Shown in pieces: positions 54,887-63,563 of a stretch of 64,000 nucleotides of DNA (position 1 is its first letter; every line of letters starts with the position of its first letter). The position numbers and the translations under genes were made by a program. The stretch lies in assembly GCA_046758365.1 (NCBI GenBank), contig JBHIAC010000001.1, positions 77,202 through 141,201 of the forward strand. The letters run 5' to 3'. The notes below the pieces were generated by a model. That model did not search any database. It saw only the letters and a program-made list of their open reading frames with translations, and was not told where the DNA came from. Origin of the DNA: a bacterium (GTDB taxonomy: Bacteria > Zhuqueibacterota > Zhuqueibacteria > Oceanimicrobiales > Oceanimicrobiaceae).

Positions 54887-56203
54887 ATGTTTCAGGAATT
54901 AACTGTCAAATTTGAAGGCGTTTTTAAAAGACTCCGCGGTCACGGAAAGCTAACTGAGAAGAATCTTTTAGAAACCATGCGGGAAATCCGGCGGGTTTTA
55001 CTGGAAGCGGATGTAAATTTCAAAGTGGCCAAAGATTTTATAGCTAAGGTTCAGGCAAAGGCTTTAGGGCAGGAAGTTCTTAAAAGTATCACCCCGGCCC
55101 AACAGGTTATTAAAATTATCCATGATGAATTAACCGCTCTGATGGGGAATTCGGAGGCTTTCATTAAAACGGCCAGCTTTCCTCCAACAGTTATAATGTT
55201 GGTAGGGCTTCAAGGCTCAGGTAAAACAACTTTGGCAGCAAAGTTAGCAAAATATCTAAAAAATCGTGGGCGCAGTCCCTTGTTGGTCGCGGCTGACCTC
55301 CAGCGGCCTGCGGCCGTGGATCAGTTGAAAATCGTGGGTGAACAGGTCGGTGTCAGCGTATTAACCAATTATGATAGTACAGCCATTCAGGTGTGTGTTG
55401 AAGCCAGGGAGCAAGCCAGACAAAAGGGTAATGATACTGTGATATTTGATACCGCGGGTCGGCTTCATATTGATCAAGAGTTAATGGATGAACTTTCGCA
55501 AATTAAAGAAAAAACTCAACCGGATGAGATCCTGTTTGTTGCCGACGGAATGACCGGTCAGGATGCTGTGAACACGGCCCAGGATTTTGCAGAACGATTA
55601 GATTTTACCGGTATCGTTTTAACGAAATTGGATGGCGATGCCCGGGGCGGTGCTGCACTCTCCATCCGGGCTGTAACTGGCAAACCCATCAAGTTTATCA
55701 GCGTTGGGGAGAAATTTGATGCGCTAGAGAAGTTTCATCCCGACCGAATGGCTTCAAGGATTCTCGGAATGGGAGACGTGGTATCCCTGGTAGAAAAAGC
55801 TCAGAAAGCCGTCGATCAAGAAAAAGCCCAAAGAATCGAAAAGAAATTACGACGACAAGAGTTTACCCTTGAAGATTTCTACGACCAACTTCAGCAAATT
55901 AAAAAAATGGGGCCGCTTGAAGAACTCGTCCAAATGATTCCCGGATTGGGGGGGAAAGCTATAACGGGAATGCAAGTGGATGACGGGGCACTGGTACACA
56001 TAGAGGCAATGATTAATTCCATGACACCGGAAGAAAGAAGGCGACCTCATTTAATTAATGGCAGTCGTAGAAGGCGCATTGCCAGTGGGAGTGGAACAAG
56101 CGTTCAAGATGTAAATAAGCTTCTCAATCAATTTCAGATGATGCAGAAAATGGTCAAGAAAATTAGTAAGTTTGGCCTTAAAGGTATGCCATTTCGTTTT
56201 TAA
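54887..56203 (+). CDS. ffh: Signal recognition particle protein
   Basis: MFQELT..FKRLRG.GKLTE.N, GLQGSGKTT, DTAGRLH, TKLDGDARGGAALS, and a Met-rich M domain. Confidence 0.95.
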   Translation: MFQELTVKFEGVFKRLRGHGKLTEKNLLETMREIRRVLLEADVNFKVAKDFIAKVQAKALGQEVLKSITPAQQVIKIIHDELTALMGNSEAFIKTASFPPTVIMLVGLQGSGKTTLAAKLAKYLKNRGRSPLLVAADLQRPAAVDQLKIVGEQVGVSVLTNYDSTAIQVCVEAREQARQKGNDTVIFDTAGRLHIDQELMDELSQIKEKTQPDEILFVADGMTGQDAVNTAQDFAERLDFTGIVLTKLDGDARGGAALSIRAVTGKPIKFISVGEKFDALEKFHPDRMASRILGMGDVVSLVEKAQKAVDQEKAQRIEKKLRRQEFTLEDFYDQLQQIKKMGPLEELVQMIPGLGGKAITGMQVDDGALVHIEAMINSMTPEERRRPHLINGSRRRRIASGSGTSVQDVNKLLNQFQMMQKMVKKISKFGLKGMPFRF

Positions 56204-56272
56204 TAGCTAAAGATTTACATACAAATATGAAAACTAATATTTTGATAAAAATTAAGAGAAGGTCAGCTTTTT
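56202..56272 (+). repeat. Palindromic intergenic element, copy C (short variant with degenerate left arm)
   Basis: ATAAAAATTAAGAGAAGGTCAGCTTTTTGCAGT is almost identical to copy A ATAAAAATTAAAAGAAGGTCAGCTTTTTGCAGT. The left side (AATAGCTAAAGATTT) only partly matches the arm. Confidence 0.7.
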
Positions 56273-56323
56273 GCAGTATAATTATGAATTATTCATTTGA
56301 AAAATATTTATAGGAGGCTGGGT

Positions 56324-57088
56324 TTGGCAGTAACATTACGATTAAGAAGAATTGGAAAAAAGAAACAGCCGTTTTACCGAATTGTGGCTATTAATTCCAG
56401 AGCTGCACGGGGAGGAAGATATATAGAAAATATAGGGACTTACAATCCATTAACAAATCCTGCAAAAATTGAACTCAAAGAAGATAGAGCCTTGTATTGG
56501 TTAAAACAAGGAGCCATTCCTTCAGATACCGTTCGAAGTTTTTTAAGAAGAAAAGGCATTCTGTTGAAGTGGCACTTAATAAAAAGAGGGGTTGATGAAG
56601 CAGGCATTGAGGAGGAGTTAAAGAAATGGGAAGTGCTTCAGTTAGAAAGACAAAAAAGACGAGAGGCATTAGCTGAACAGAAGAAGCGTGAAGTAATAGA
56701 AAAGAGTGCAGTTGAAGCAGAACCTGAAGCTGAATTGAAAGAAGAAGGCGTAAAGGCCTCTACTGAACGTGACCTTGAGGCTGTCGAAGTTACTGAGGAG
56801 TCCAAAAAAAAGGTCTCTGAAAAAGAGGAAGAAAAGCAAATCAAAGCCTCGAATAAGAAAGACACGGAAACAGTAAAAGCTAAAACTGATGAGAAGAAGC
56901 GTAAAGTAAAAGAGAAGAGAACAGCTAAAGTAGAAACGAAAGCTGAATTAGAAGAAGAAGGTGTCAAGGCAACTCCTGATAAAGACCTTGAGGCTGTCGA
57001 AGTTACTGAGGAATCCAAAGAAAAAGTCTCTAAAAAAAATGAACAAAAACAAACCGGGCCTCGAAAAAGAAAGACAAGGAATAATTAA
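56324..57088 (+). CDS. rpsP: 30S ribosomal protein S16 with ~170-aa K/E-rich C-terminal extension
   Basis: TTG 56324 lies 6 nt after AGGAGG and gives (M)AVTLRLRRIGKKKQPFYRIVA, the canonical S16 N-terminus. The listed start 56297 adds nine non-conserved residues. Confidence 0.9.
   Translation: MAVTLRLRRIGKKKQPFYRIVAINSRAARGGRYIENIGTYNPLTNPAKIELKEDRALYWLKQGAIPSDTVRSFLRRKGILLKWHLIKRGVDEAGIEEELKKWEVLQLERQKRREALAEQKKREVIEKSAVEAEPEAELKEEGVKASTERDLEAVEVTEESKKKVSEKEEEKQIKASNKKDTETVKAKTDEKKRKVKEKRTAKVETKAELEEEGVKATPDKDLEAVEVTEESKEKVSKKNEQKQTGPRKRKTRNN
56727..57053 (+). repeat. Two ~115-nt direct repeats inside the S16 C-terminal extension
   Basis: 56727-56840 and 56938-57053 are highly similar. They encode AELKEEGVKASTERDLEAVEVTEESKKKVSEKEEEKQ and AELEEEGVKATPDKDLEAVEVTEESKEKVSKKNEQKQ. 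Confidence 0.85.
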
Positions 57089-57330
57089 AAGCCAAAGCTA
57101 ACAAAAAATCACAGGAAGTGATTATTGAATCAAATGAAATTAGAAATTATACTCTATATGTTGCAGAATCTGTCGAAAAAACAAAATCAGTCTCCCATAT
57201 ATAAATTTGATCTCGGTGCAATAAGACAATTTTTTATTATGTGCTTCCAAGGGAGTAGTTAAAGTATAAATATTAAAGGCCCCAGTATGATTCAAAGGGT
57301 TTAGGCAGATACTCAAATGGAGGTTATGAA

Positions 57331-57561
57331 ATGAAGGAGTTCATCGAATTCATCGTCAAGCACCTAGTTGATAAACCTGATGAGGTCTACGTTAACGAGA
57401 TCGATGGGGAGCGTACAGTGGTTTATGAATTGCGTGTTGGAGAAGGCGACATGGGCAAGGTCATAGGACGGCGAGGACAAACAGCAAGGTCTTTAAGAAC
57501 CCTGCTGGCTGCAGCCTCTGCAAAAATGGGAAAACGAGCCGTTCTCGAAATCCTTGAATAG
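57331..57561 (+). CDS. KH-domain RNA-binding protein (YlqC/UPF0109 family)
   Basis: 76 aa with [18 protein letters not shown] (GxxG KH motif). Conserved position between rpsP and rimM. Confidence 0.85.
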   Translation: MKEFIEFIVKHLVDKPDEVYVNEIDGERTVVYELRVGEGDMGKVIGRRGQTARSLRTLLAAASAKMGKRAVLEILE

Positions 57562-57572
57562 CACTAAAAAAT

Positions 57573-58094
57573 GTGAATAGGAAATTACCAGATTTCGTTG
57601 ATATTGGCTATATTGATAAACCACACGGAATCAAAGGCGAGGTCAAGGTAAGACCTACAACAGATCACCCTCTAAGATTTAAACAATTAAAATCGGTTTT
57701 AATCGAATTCCCCCATGGTGCTTTTAAAAAGTTAGAAATCTCAAAGGTAACCGTGCAGGGGCAGATTGTTTATCTTTGTTTTAAAAAAATTGATTCGCGA
57801 CAGCAAGCCCTTGCTTTGAAAGGCTCTACAATAAAAATCAAAAGAGATGAATGTTTGCCCCTTGAAGAAGGGCAATTCTATCATTTTGAAATAGTTGGAT
57901 TAAAGGTAAAAACCAATTCGGGGGAATATATAGGATGTATTGAGGAGGTTTGGGATTTTCCAGCAAATGCTGTATTCGTTGCTAGAAATAAAGAACGGGA
58001 AATTCTTATTCCAGCAATCAAAGATGTGATTCGAAAAATTGATGTCAAGAAAGGTGAGATAATCATTCACCCGATGGAAGGACTTTTAGAGTAA
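57573..58094 (+). CDS. rimM: 16S rRNA processing protein RimM
   Basis: GTG start. IGYIDKPHGIKGEVKV and a C-terminal PRC-barrel (EILIPAIKDVIRKIDVKKGEIIIHPMEGL). Confidence 0.9.
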   Translation: MNRKLPDFVDIGYIDKPHGIKGEVKVRPTTDHPLRFKQLKSVLIEFPHGAFKKLEISKVTVQGQIVYLCFKKIDSRQQALALKGSTIKIKRDECLPLEEGQFYHFEIVGLKVKTNSGEYIGCIEEVWDFPANAVFVARNKEREILIPAIKDVIRKIDVKKGEIIIHPMEGLLE

Positions 58095-58103
58095 TATTAA
58101 CAA

Positions 58104-58784
58104 ATGAAGATATTCATTGTAACTGCATTTCCGAATTTCTTTAAAGGACCATTCAACGAAAGTATTTTAAAAAGGGCTCAAGAAAAAGAGATTATTAAAT
58201 TTAAAATTTTGAACCTGCGTGATTTTACCACAGATAAGCACAAACAGGTTGATGATTATCCCTACGGGGGCGGACCAGGTATGATTTTAAAACCTGAACC
58301 ATTTTTTAGAGCCGTTGACTTTATTCAAAATGAAGAGAATTTAACCAATCCAAAAATATTGTTGATGACCCCCCAGGGTAAAATGTATACACAGAAAAAA
58401 GCCAAAGAGCTTACTCAAGAACCGTCCCTAATATTTCTTTGTGGACATTACAAGGGCATTGATGAGCGCGTTAGTGAGTATTTGGCTACGGAAGAAATCT
58501 CTATTGGCGATTATATTTTAACAGGCGGAGAGTTGGCCGCATTGGTGGTAGTGGATTCTATAGTGCGTTTGCTTCCTGGCGTTATCAGTGATTTTGATTC
58601 AGCAATATCGGATTCATTTGAACAAGGGATATTGGATTGTCCCTATTACACGCGGCCCGAAATTTTTCGTGGTATGAAGGTGCCAGATATTTTACTTTCC
58701 GGCAATCACGCTGAAATTGAAAAATGGCGCCGAGAGAAATCACTCATGCGAACTAAGAAACGACGAAGTGACCTTTTAAATTAG
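58104..58784 (+). CDS. trmD: tRNA (guanine37-N1)-methyltransferase
   Basis: DDYPYGGGPGMILKPEP, LCGHYKGIDERV, SIGDYILTGGELAALVVVDS. Confidence 0.95.
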   Translation: MKIFIVTAFPNFFKGPFNESILKRAQEKEIIKFKILNLRDFTTDKHKQVDDYPYGGGPGMILKPEPFFRAVDFIQNEENLTNPKILLMTPQGKMYTQKKAKELTQEPSLIFLCGHYKGIDERVSEYLATEEISIGDYILTGGELAALVVVDSIVRLLPGVISDFDSAISDSFEQGILDCPYYTRPEIFRGMKVPDILLSGNHAEIEKWRREKSLMRTKKRRSDLLN

Positions 58785-58833
58785 ATTAAAGGATATTTGA
58801 TATTTATAGAATTGTATTGGGAGGTAAACACTC

Positions 58834-59175
58834 ATGAATAAGATAGATGCTTTAATAGCAGGAGAATTAAAGACCGATATTCTTGATTTTGGACCTGGGG
58901 ACACTGTAGCTGTCCATTCAAAAGTTATAGAAGGTGATAAAGAAAGAATTCAAGTTTTTGAAGGTGTAGTCATAAAAAGAAAGGGCAACGGGATTAACGA
59001 AACATTCACCGTCCGAAAAATTTCAAATGGAATCGGAGTTGAGCGAATTTATCCGGTTCATTCTCCTAATATTGATAAGATTGTGAAATTAAAATCCGGG
59101 AAAGTTAGAAGAGCGAAGTTATATTATTTACGAGGTCTAAAAGGTAAAGCAGCGCGTATTACCGAGAAGAGATAA
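58834..59175 (+). CDS. rplS: 50S ribosomal protein L19
   Basis: [58 protein letters not shown]. Confidence 0.95.
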   Translation: MNKIDALIAGELKTDILDFGPGDTVAVHSKVIEGDKERIQVFEGVVIKRKGNGINETFTVRKISNGIGVERIYPVHSPNIDKIVKLKSGKVRRAKLYYLRGLKGKAARITEKR

Positions 59176-59199
59176 TATCAGATAAATGGAGGCGAGACC

Positions 59200-59682
59200 A
59201 TGAAGCTCGAAACCGTTAAAGTCGAGAAACCAGAAGGGCTTAATATGATTATGGGGCAATCACACTTTATTAAAACGGTCGAAGATATCCATGAAACTCT
59301 CGTAGGGACTATTCCTGGAATTAAATTTGGGCTTGCATTTAATGAGTCTTCAGGGCCCAGATTAGTGAGATATTCAGGTACAGATGACAAATTAATTGAT
59401 TTAGCCAAAAAGAATGCCAATAACATTGGAGCCGGTCACCTTTTTGTATTATTTTTGGAAAATGCCTTTCCAATAAACATTATGAAGGCGCTGAAGGAAG
59501 TACCAGAAATTTGCGAAATTTACTGTGCCACGGCTAACCCTGTTGAAGTGATAGTTGCACAAACAGACCAGGGTCGAGGGGTCTTAGGTTTGATTGATGG
59601 TTATTCACCTTTGGCCGAGGAGAAGGACGAGGATATTAAAGAGCGAAAAGAGTTTTTAAGAAAGATAGGTTATAAATTGTAA
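59200..59682 (+). CDS. Adenosine-specific kinase family protein (former DUF355)
   Basis: VKVEKPEGLNMIMGQSHFIKTVEDIHE, GIKFGLAFNESSG.RLVR, IGAGHLFVLFLENAFPIN, IYCATANPVEVIVAQTDQGRGVLGLIDG match this small family as I recall it. Confidence 0.7.
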   Translation: MKLETVKVEKPEGLNMIMGQSHFIKTVEDIHETLVGTIPGIKFGLAFNESSGPRLVRYSGTDDKLIDLAKKNANNIGAGHLFVLFLENAFPINIMKALKEVPEICEIYCATANPVEVIVAQTDQGRGVLGLIDGYSPLAEEKDEDIKERKEFLRKIGYKL

Positions 59683-59785
59683 ATAGGTTAACTTTTACCA
59701 AAAGAGTAAAATCGCCTTTCGCAAAAAACTCTTGACTTATGTTTTTTTTTATTATTATGTTGCTACCACGAAGAAAGAAAAAGAA

Positions 59786-59923
59786 ATGGCTAAGTTAGAG
59801 CAGCATCCAAAAGAACAACAAAATTCTAAAGATAATTTAAAAAATGAAATCAAAAAATTGAATTTAAAACAATTGGAAGGGATAGCTACACTTTTATTAA
59901 CTCAATTTCCGGATAATATGTAA
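59786..59923 (+). CDS. Possible 45-aa hydrophilic peptide (hypothetical)
   Basis: ATG 59786 after a purine-rich stretch. It lies between a TTGACT..TATTAT promoter-like sequence and a strong terminator at ~60000. No family recognised, and it may instead be a non-coding transcript. Confidence 0.25.
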   Translation: MAKLEQHPKEQQNSKDNLKNEIKKLNLKQLEGIATLLLTQFPDNM

Positions 59924-59998
59924 ACATTAACGGGGGGAAACATGAATTCTGATAATATCTTGATAATCGGCTAAACTTAATTTTATTTACGAAGATTT

Positions 59999-60034
59999 AA
60001 AAACCCTCTAAATTATTTTAGAGGGTTTTTTATT
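59999..60034. terminator. Strong (bidirectional-looking) intrinsic terminator
   Basis: AAAAACCCTCTAAA-TTAT-TTTAGAGGGTTTTT forms a 14-bp stem followed by a T-run. Confidence 0.8.
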
Positions 60035-60185
60035 TAAAAAAATTGATTTCCATTGGAAAAGTTTTATATATTAGATATTAATGGATAAAAAATTATACTT
60101 AAAACATCTAATCGACTACCTTTGATCAGTTACAGGCAATTCTATTACATTTGTAAGGTTTATTAATAGATAATAGATTTGAAAT

Positions 60186-61559
60186 TTGAGTAATCTTAAG
60201 ATAAATCCCGTACTGAGTTTTCACCAAGGCACACTGCTTTTAAAAAATTATAATCATGAAATCGATCTCCCTTGCTTTCTCTGGGATGCTCGCTCAAAAC
60301 AGTGGCGGGCTAAGGCCATGTATTATGATGAAATTATTCGATGGCTAAAATCAAAGAACATTTCATTTGAAGATCACGTCACGGAAATTTCCAATTTAAA
60401 TCTCAAACTTCGCATGCGGCTGGCATTGCGTCCTTATCAAATGGAATCTGTGAAGGCATGGCTTGATTCCAAAGGTCAGGGTAGTATATGTTTGCCCACT
60501 GGCACCGGAAAAACGTGGGTGGCTCTTAAAGCAATAGAGCATATTAACAAAAGTACTTTAGTTGTTTTGCCAACTCTTGATTTAATGAACCAATGGTATG
60601 ATCAAATTACTGATGCTTTTGGGATAGCGGTTGGGATACTGGGCGGCGGAAATCACGAAGTATGTGATGTAACGGTAACAACGTATGACAGTGCATATAT
60701 CCATATGGATAAGTATGGAAACCGATTTGGTTTGCTTATATTTGATGAAGTACACCATCTCCCAGCAGTTACTTTTTCTCATATTCCAGAGATGGCTATC
60801 GCACCTTATCGACTTGGACTCACCGCGACTTACCAGCGGACAGATGGGCTCCACGGAAAATTGGAAAGGCTCGTAGGGCCTGTGGTTTATGAAAAAAGCA
60901 TCAAGGATTTAGAAGGCGAGCATTTGGCTGAGTATGAAATCATGAAAATCGCTGTGGATTTAACACCGAAGGAAAAAAGAAGTTATACTCAATATCAAAA
61001 AATATATGATCATTATATCAGGGAAAAAGGAATCAAATTCTATGGCGAGGATTTAAAAACGTTTCTGCAAGAAAGTGCATACGACCCTAAGGCCCGCAGG
61101 GCATTTTTGGCTCGTCTTGAGACCAGACGTATCATAATTGGTGCAGACCGAAAATTGGAAATACTGGAATCTCTTTTGAAATTGCATCACGGCGATCGAG
61201 TTCTGATTTTTACAATCAGCAACGAATTGGTTTATAAGATATCTGAGATGTTTCTGATTCCAGCCCTTACGCATCATACAAAAACCGTGGAACGGAAATG
61301 GATATTGGAAATGTTTAGAAAAGGGAAGTATTCTGTACTGGTCACTTCAAAAGTATTGAATGAAGGGGTGGATGTTCCGAGTGCTAATGTGGCCATTATT
61401 CTCAGTGGATCGGCAAGTCCTGTTGAACATCTCCAGCGCCTGGGTCGAATTCTAAGGAAGGAGAAAAATAAACAAGCCGTGCTTTACGAATTGGTGACGC
61501 GAGGTACTAAGGAAAGTCAAATTTCTTACCAACGAAGGCGCTCCGATGCTTACCAATGA
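60186..61559 (+). CDS. XPB/Ssl2-like superfamily-2 DNA helicase
   Basis: TTG start. N-terminal damage-recognition-like domain, LRPYQ (Q motif), LPTGTGKT (I), FDEVHHLPA (II), GLTATYQR (III), QRLGRILR (VI). Confidence 0.8.
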   Translation: MSNLKINPVLSFHQGTLLLKNYNHEIDLPCFLWDARSKQWRAKAMYYDEIIRWLKSKNISFEDHVTEISNLNLKLRMRLALRPYQMESVKAWLDSKGQGSICLPTGTGKTWVALKAIEHINKSTLVVLPTLDLMNQWYDQITDAFGIAVGILGGGNHEVCDVTVTTYDSAYIHMDKYGNRFGLLIFDEVHHLPAVTFSHIPEMAIAPYRLGLTATYQRTDGLHGKLERLVGPVVYEKSIKDLEGEHLAEYEIMKIAVDLTPKEKRSYTQYQKIYDHYIREKGIKFYGEDLKTFLQESAYDPKARRAFLARLETRRIIIGADRKLEILESLLKLHHGDRVLIFTISNELVYKISEMFLIPALTHHTKTVERKWILEMFRKGKYSVLVTSKVLNEGVDVPSANVAIILSGSASPVEHLQRLGRILRKEKNKQAVLYELVTRGTKESQISYQRRRSDAYQ

Positions 61560-62727
61560 TCTTCTGCGTTTCAAAATAGATGAACGTGCCATCATACCTC
61601 GCTACCTAACCCGAAGACATGCAGGCACCTACCTCAAAATTGCTCAAGATTTAATTCACATTTACCAAAACCATGTAGGAAAAACTCGTCGTGCATTAGA
61701 ACAGGCTTTAGACGACTACGAGCAAAATCGGGTTGGTTACAAAATACAGCGAGGTTTAACTAAGATTTTGGATGGGTTTGTAGAATTTCAACCAAAACTG
61801 GAATTTGATTTCCCTGAATTCAGAAAGAATTTGTTCGAATTTGTTGAAAAGTATCGTCCAGTGGTTCGTCAAGCAGACCTGGTTCATCAAAATACTAAAA
61901 ATTTTGTTTTAAAGAAATTTGCTAAAGAGTTGAAGCCTTTACCCCATTTTTTATATGGGGATTTACCAGACCACCATGTCTTAGTAAAAATAAAACGAAG
62001 AATTGAGCCAGATGAATTACTCCGCCGCTACAATATGGCATTGGCCCAAGGGATTTTGTATCGATGCTACCAAATGGAAGTCAAGATTTGGGATAGTTAT
62101 AAAACTGTTTTTCACTATCTTAAGCTGGCTCAACTAATGCATAAAATTGGTAAAGCAGGGGAGGCCTACCAAATTATTGTTGACGGACCACTATCTCTTT
62201 TTAAAAGAACCCAAAAATATGGGGTAAATTTGGCACGATTTCTACCTGGCTTACTTCTAGCTCAAAAATGGCAAATGAACGCTTTAGTGAATACTGAAAA
62301 GGGCCAGCGGTCTTTTTTTTTGAATCAGGATTGTGGACTTACAAGTCATTATAAAAAAGAAGATCCTTTCGATAGTACAGTGGAAGAAGCATTTTACAAT
62401 GGCTTTAAAAGACGAAATACTGAATGGGATATCGAAAGGGAGTGTGAAATTGTGGACCTCGGTAATACGGTATTCATTCCGGATTTTAAACTCATTCATC
62501 CTGATGGTTGTAACATGTTGTTGGAAATTGTTGGCTTTTGGACTCCTGAATATTTGAATAAGAAGTTGGAAAAATTAAAACAGGCAAATCGAAAAGACCT
62601 GATTGTGGCTGTAAATGAGAAATTGAATTGCTCTAAAAGCGATTTTATAGGGCCGGTGATATATTTTAAAACTAGATTGAAAGTGAGCGTGGTTTTGAAT
62701 TTGTTAAAGGAGATTTTTTCAAATTAA
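61546..62727 (+). CDS. DUF790 family nuclease (Bax1-like, XPB partner)
   Basis: N-terminus MLTNDLLRFKIDERAIIPRYL. C-terminal nuclease-like block FIPDFKLIHPDG..LLEIVGFWTPEYLNKKL, typical of DUF790. 14-nt overlap with the helicase gene. Confidence 0.75.
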   Translation: MLTNDLLRFKIDERAIIPRYLTRRHAGTYLKIAQDLIHIYQNHVGKTRRALEQALDDYEQNRVGYKIQRGLTKILDGFVEFQPKLEFDFPEFRKNLFEFVEKYRPVVRQADLVHQNTKNFVLKKFAKELKPLPHFLYGDLPDHHVLVKIKRRIEPDELLRRYNMALAQGILYRCYQMEVKIWDSYKTVFHYLKLAQLMHKIGKAGEAYQIIVDGPLSLFKRTQKYGVNLARFLPGLLLAQKWQMNALVNTEKGQRSFFLNQDCGLTSHYKKEDPFDSTVEEAFYNGFKRRNTEWDIERECEIVDLGNTVFIPDFKLIHPDGCNMLLEIVGFWTPEYLNKKLEKLKQANRKDLIVAVNEKLNCSKSDFIGPVIYFKTRLKVSVVLNLLKEIFSN

Positions 62728-62741
62728 TATTGAAGCAACAA

Positions 62742-62790
62742 TAGTTCTTAACTTTTACAATACCTCACTCATAACGACGGTTAAGAACTA
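62742..62790. repeat. Inverted repeat between the convergent Bax1-like and TonB-family genes
   Basis: TAGTTCTTAAC (62742-62752) faces GTTAAGAACTA (62780-62790): perfect 11 bp with a 27-nt loop. The right arm overlaps the tonB-family stop codon. No U-tract on either strand. Confidence 0.6.
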
Positions 62791-63563
62791 TACAATTGAA
62801 ATTGAACAGGAATAGTAACCCAAACACGAATTTTTTTATCACGCTGTTTTGCAGGCTTCCATCTAACTTTCTTTATAGCTTCCATAGCGGATTCTTCAAA
62901 GCCAATATTAGCTGGTTTAGCTTTAATGATTTCCATCTTTTCTATTCTGCCCTCAACTCCAACTAAAACCTTGACAAATACGAGTCCTTCTATTTCCGCT
63001 TTCACAGCAATCTGTGGATATTTGAGATGTTTCTGGAGCTCAACAAATCCGCCTATAATTTGTGGAGGTTCATCATAGGCTACAAAAATTGGTAATTCTT
63101 CATCTTTTTCAGGTGGAGAGGGAGGGGGCGGTATGTCGAAAAAATCAATTTCTGTGGAAGCAATGGTTACATCCTCAGGAATTGATTCTTCTTCAGTGGG
63201 AATTGGGACACTGGGTCTGGCCGGAGGCGAAGGTCTTCGAATTTGCTTTGTAATTGGTATGTCTGCAACTTCTATTTTGATATTAACTTTACTAATTGAA
63301 GCAGGAGCAAGCAAATAATGTCTTGCTGATTGAAACGCTGTAATCAGCAACACTAAAGTAACGGCTAATGAAAGTTCATAAACCTTCTTGTGCTGAAGCT
63401 TAAGATCCGCATTAGGGCTCTTGTGCTTAACCAAAAGTTTGGTATCTACCGTACGTGTAAAAGATTGCCTTGTTTCACGATTAAACCTACTTTCAGGCTT
63501 CACGATTAATGACCAAGTTGGGCTTTCGAATGGAGCAAAACGATGTCTCTTTTTTAGTATCAT
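62781..63563 (-). CDS. TonB-family energy transducer
   Basis: N-terminal TM anchor, Pro-rich linker (RRPSPPARPSVPIP; PPPPSPPEKDE) and a TonB_C domain (PQIIGGFVELQKHLKYPQIAVKAEIEGLVFVKVLV..G.IEKMEIIK). Confidence 0.8.
   Translation of the reverse strand: MILKKRHRFAPFESPTWSLIVKPESRFNRETRQSFTRTVDTKLLVKHKSPNADLKLQHKKVYELSLAVTLVLLITAFQSARHYLLAPASISKVNIKIEVADIPITKQIRRPSPPARPSVPIPTEEESIPEDVTIASTEIDFFDIPPPPSPPEKDEELPIFVAYDEPPQIIGGFVELQKHLKYPQIAVKAEIEGLVFVKVLVGVEGRIEKMEIIKAKPANIGFEESAMEAIKKVRWKPAKQRDKKIRVWVTIPVQFQLYSS

Noticed and set aside
56638-57018. 126-aa ORF on the - strand inside rpsP.
   Set aside because: It is the antisense reading of the K/E-rich, GAA/AAG-biased S16 tail, giving an S/F/L-rich artefact.
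59732-59785. TTG-initiated 5' part of the listed 63-aa ORF (MTYVFFYYYVATTKKEKE).
   Set aside because: The TTG is part of a TTGACT -35-like hexamer, and the following T-run/TATTAT looks like promoter sequence. If anything is coding, it starts at ATG 59786.
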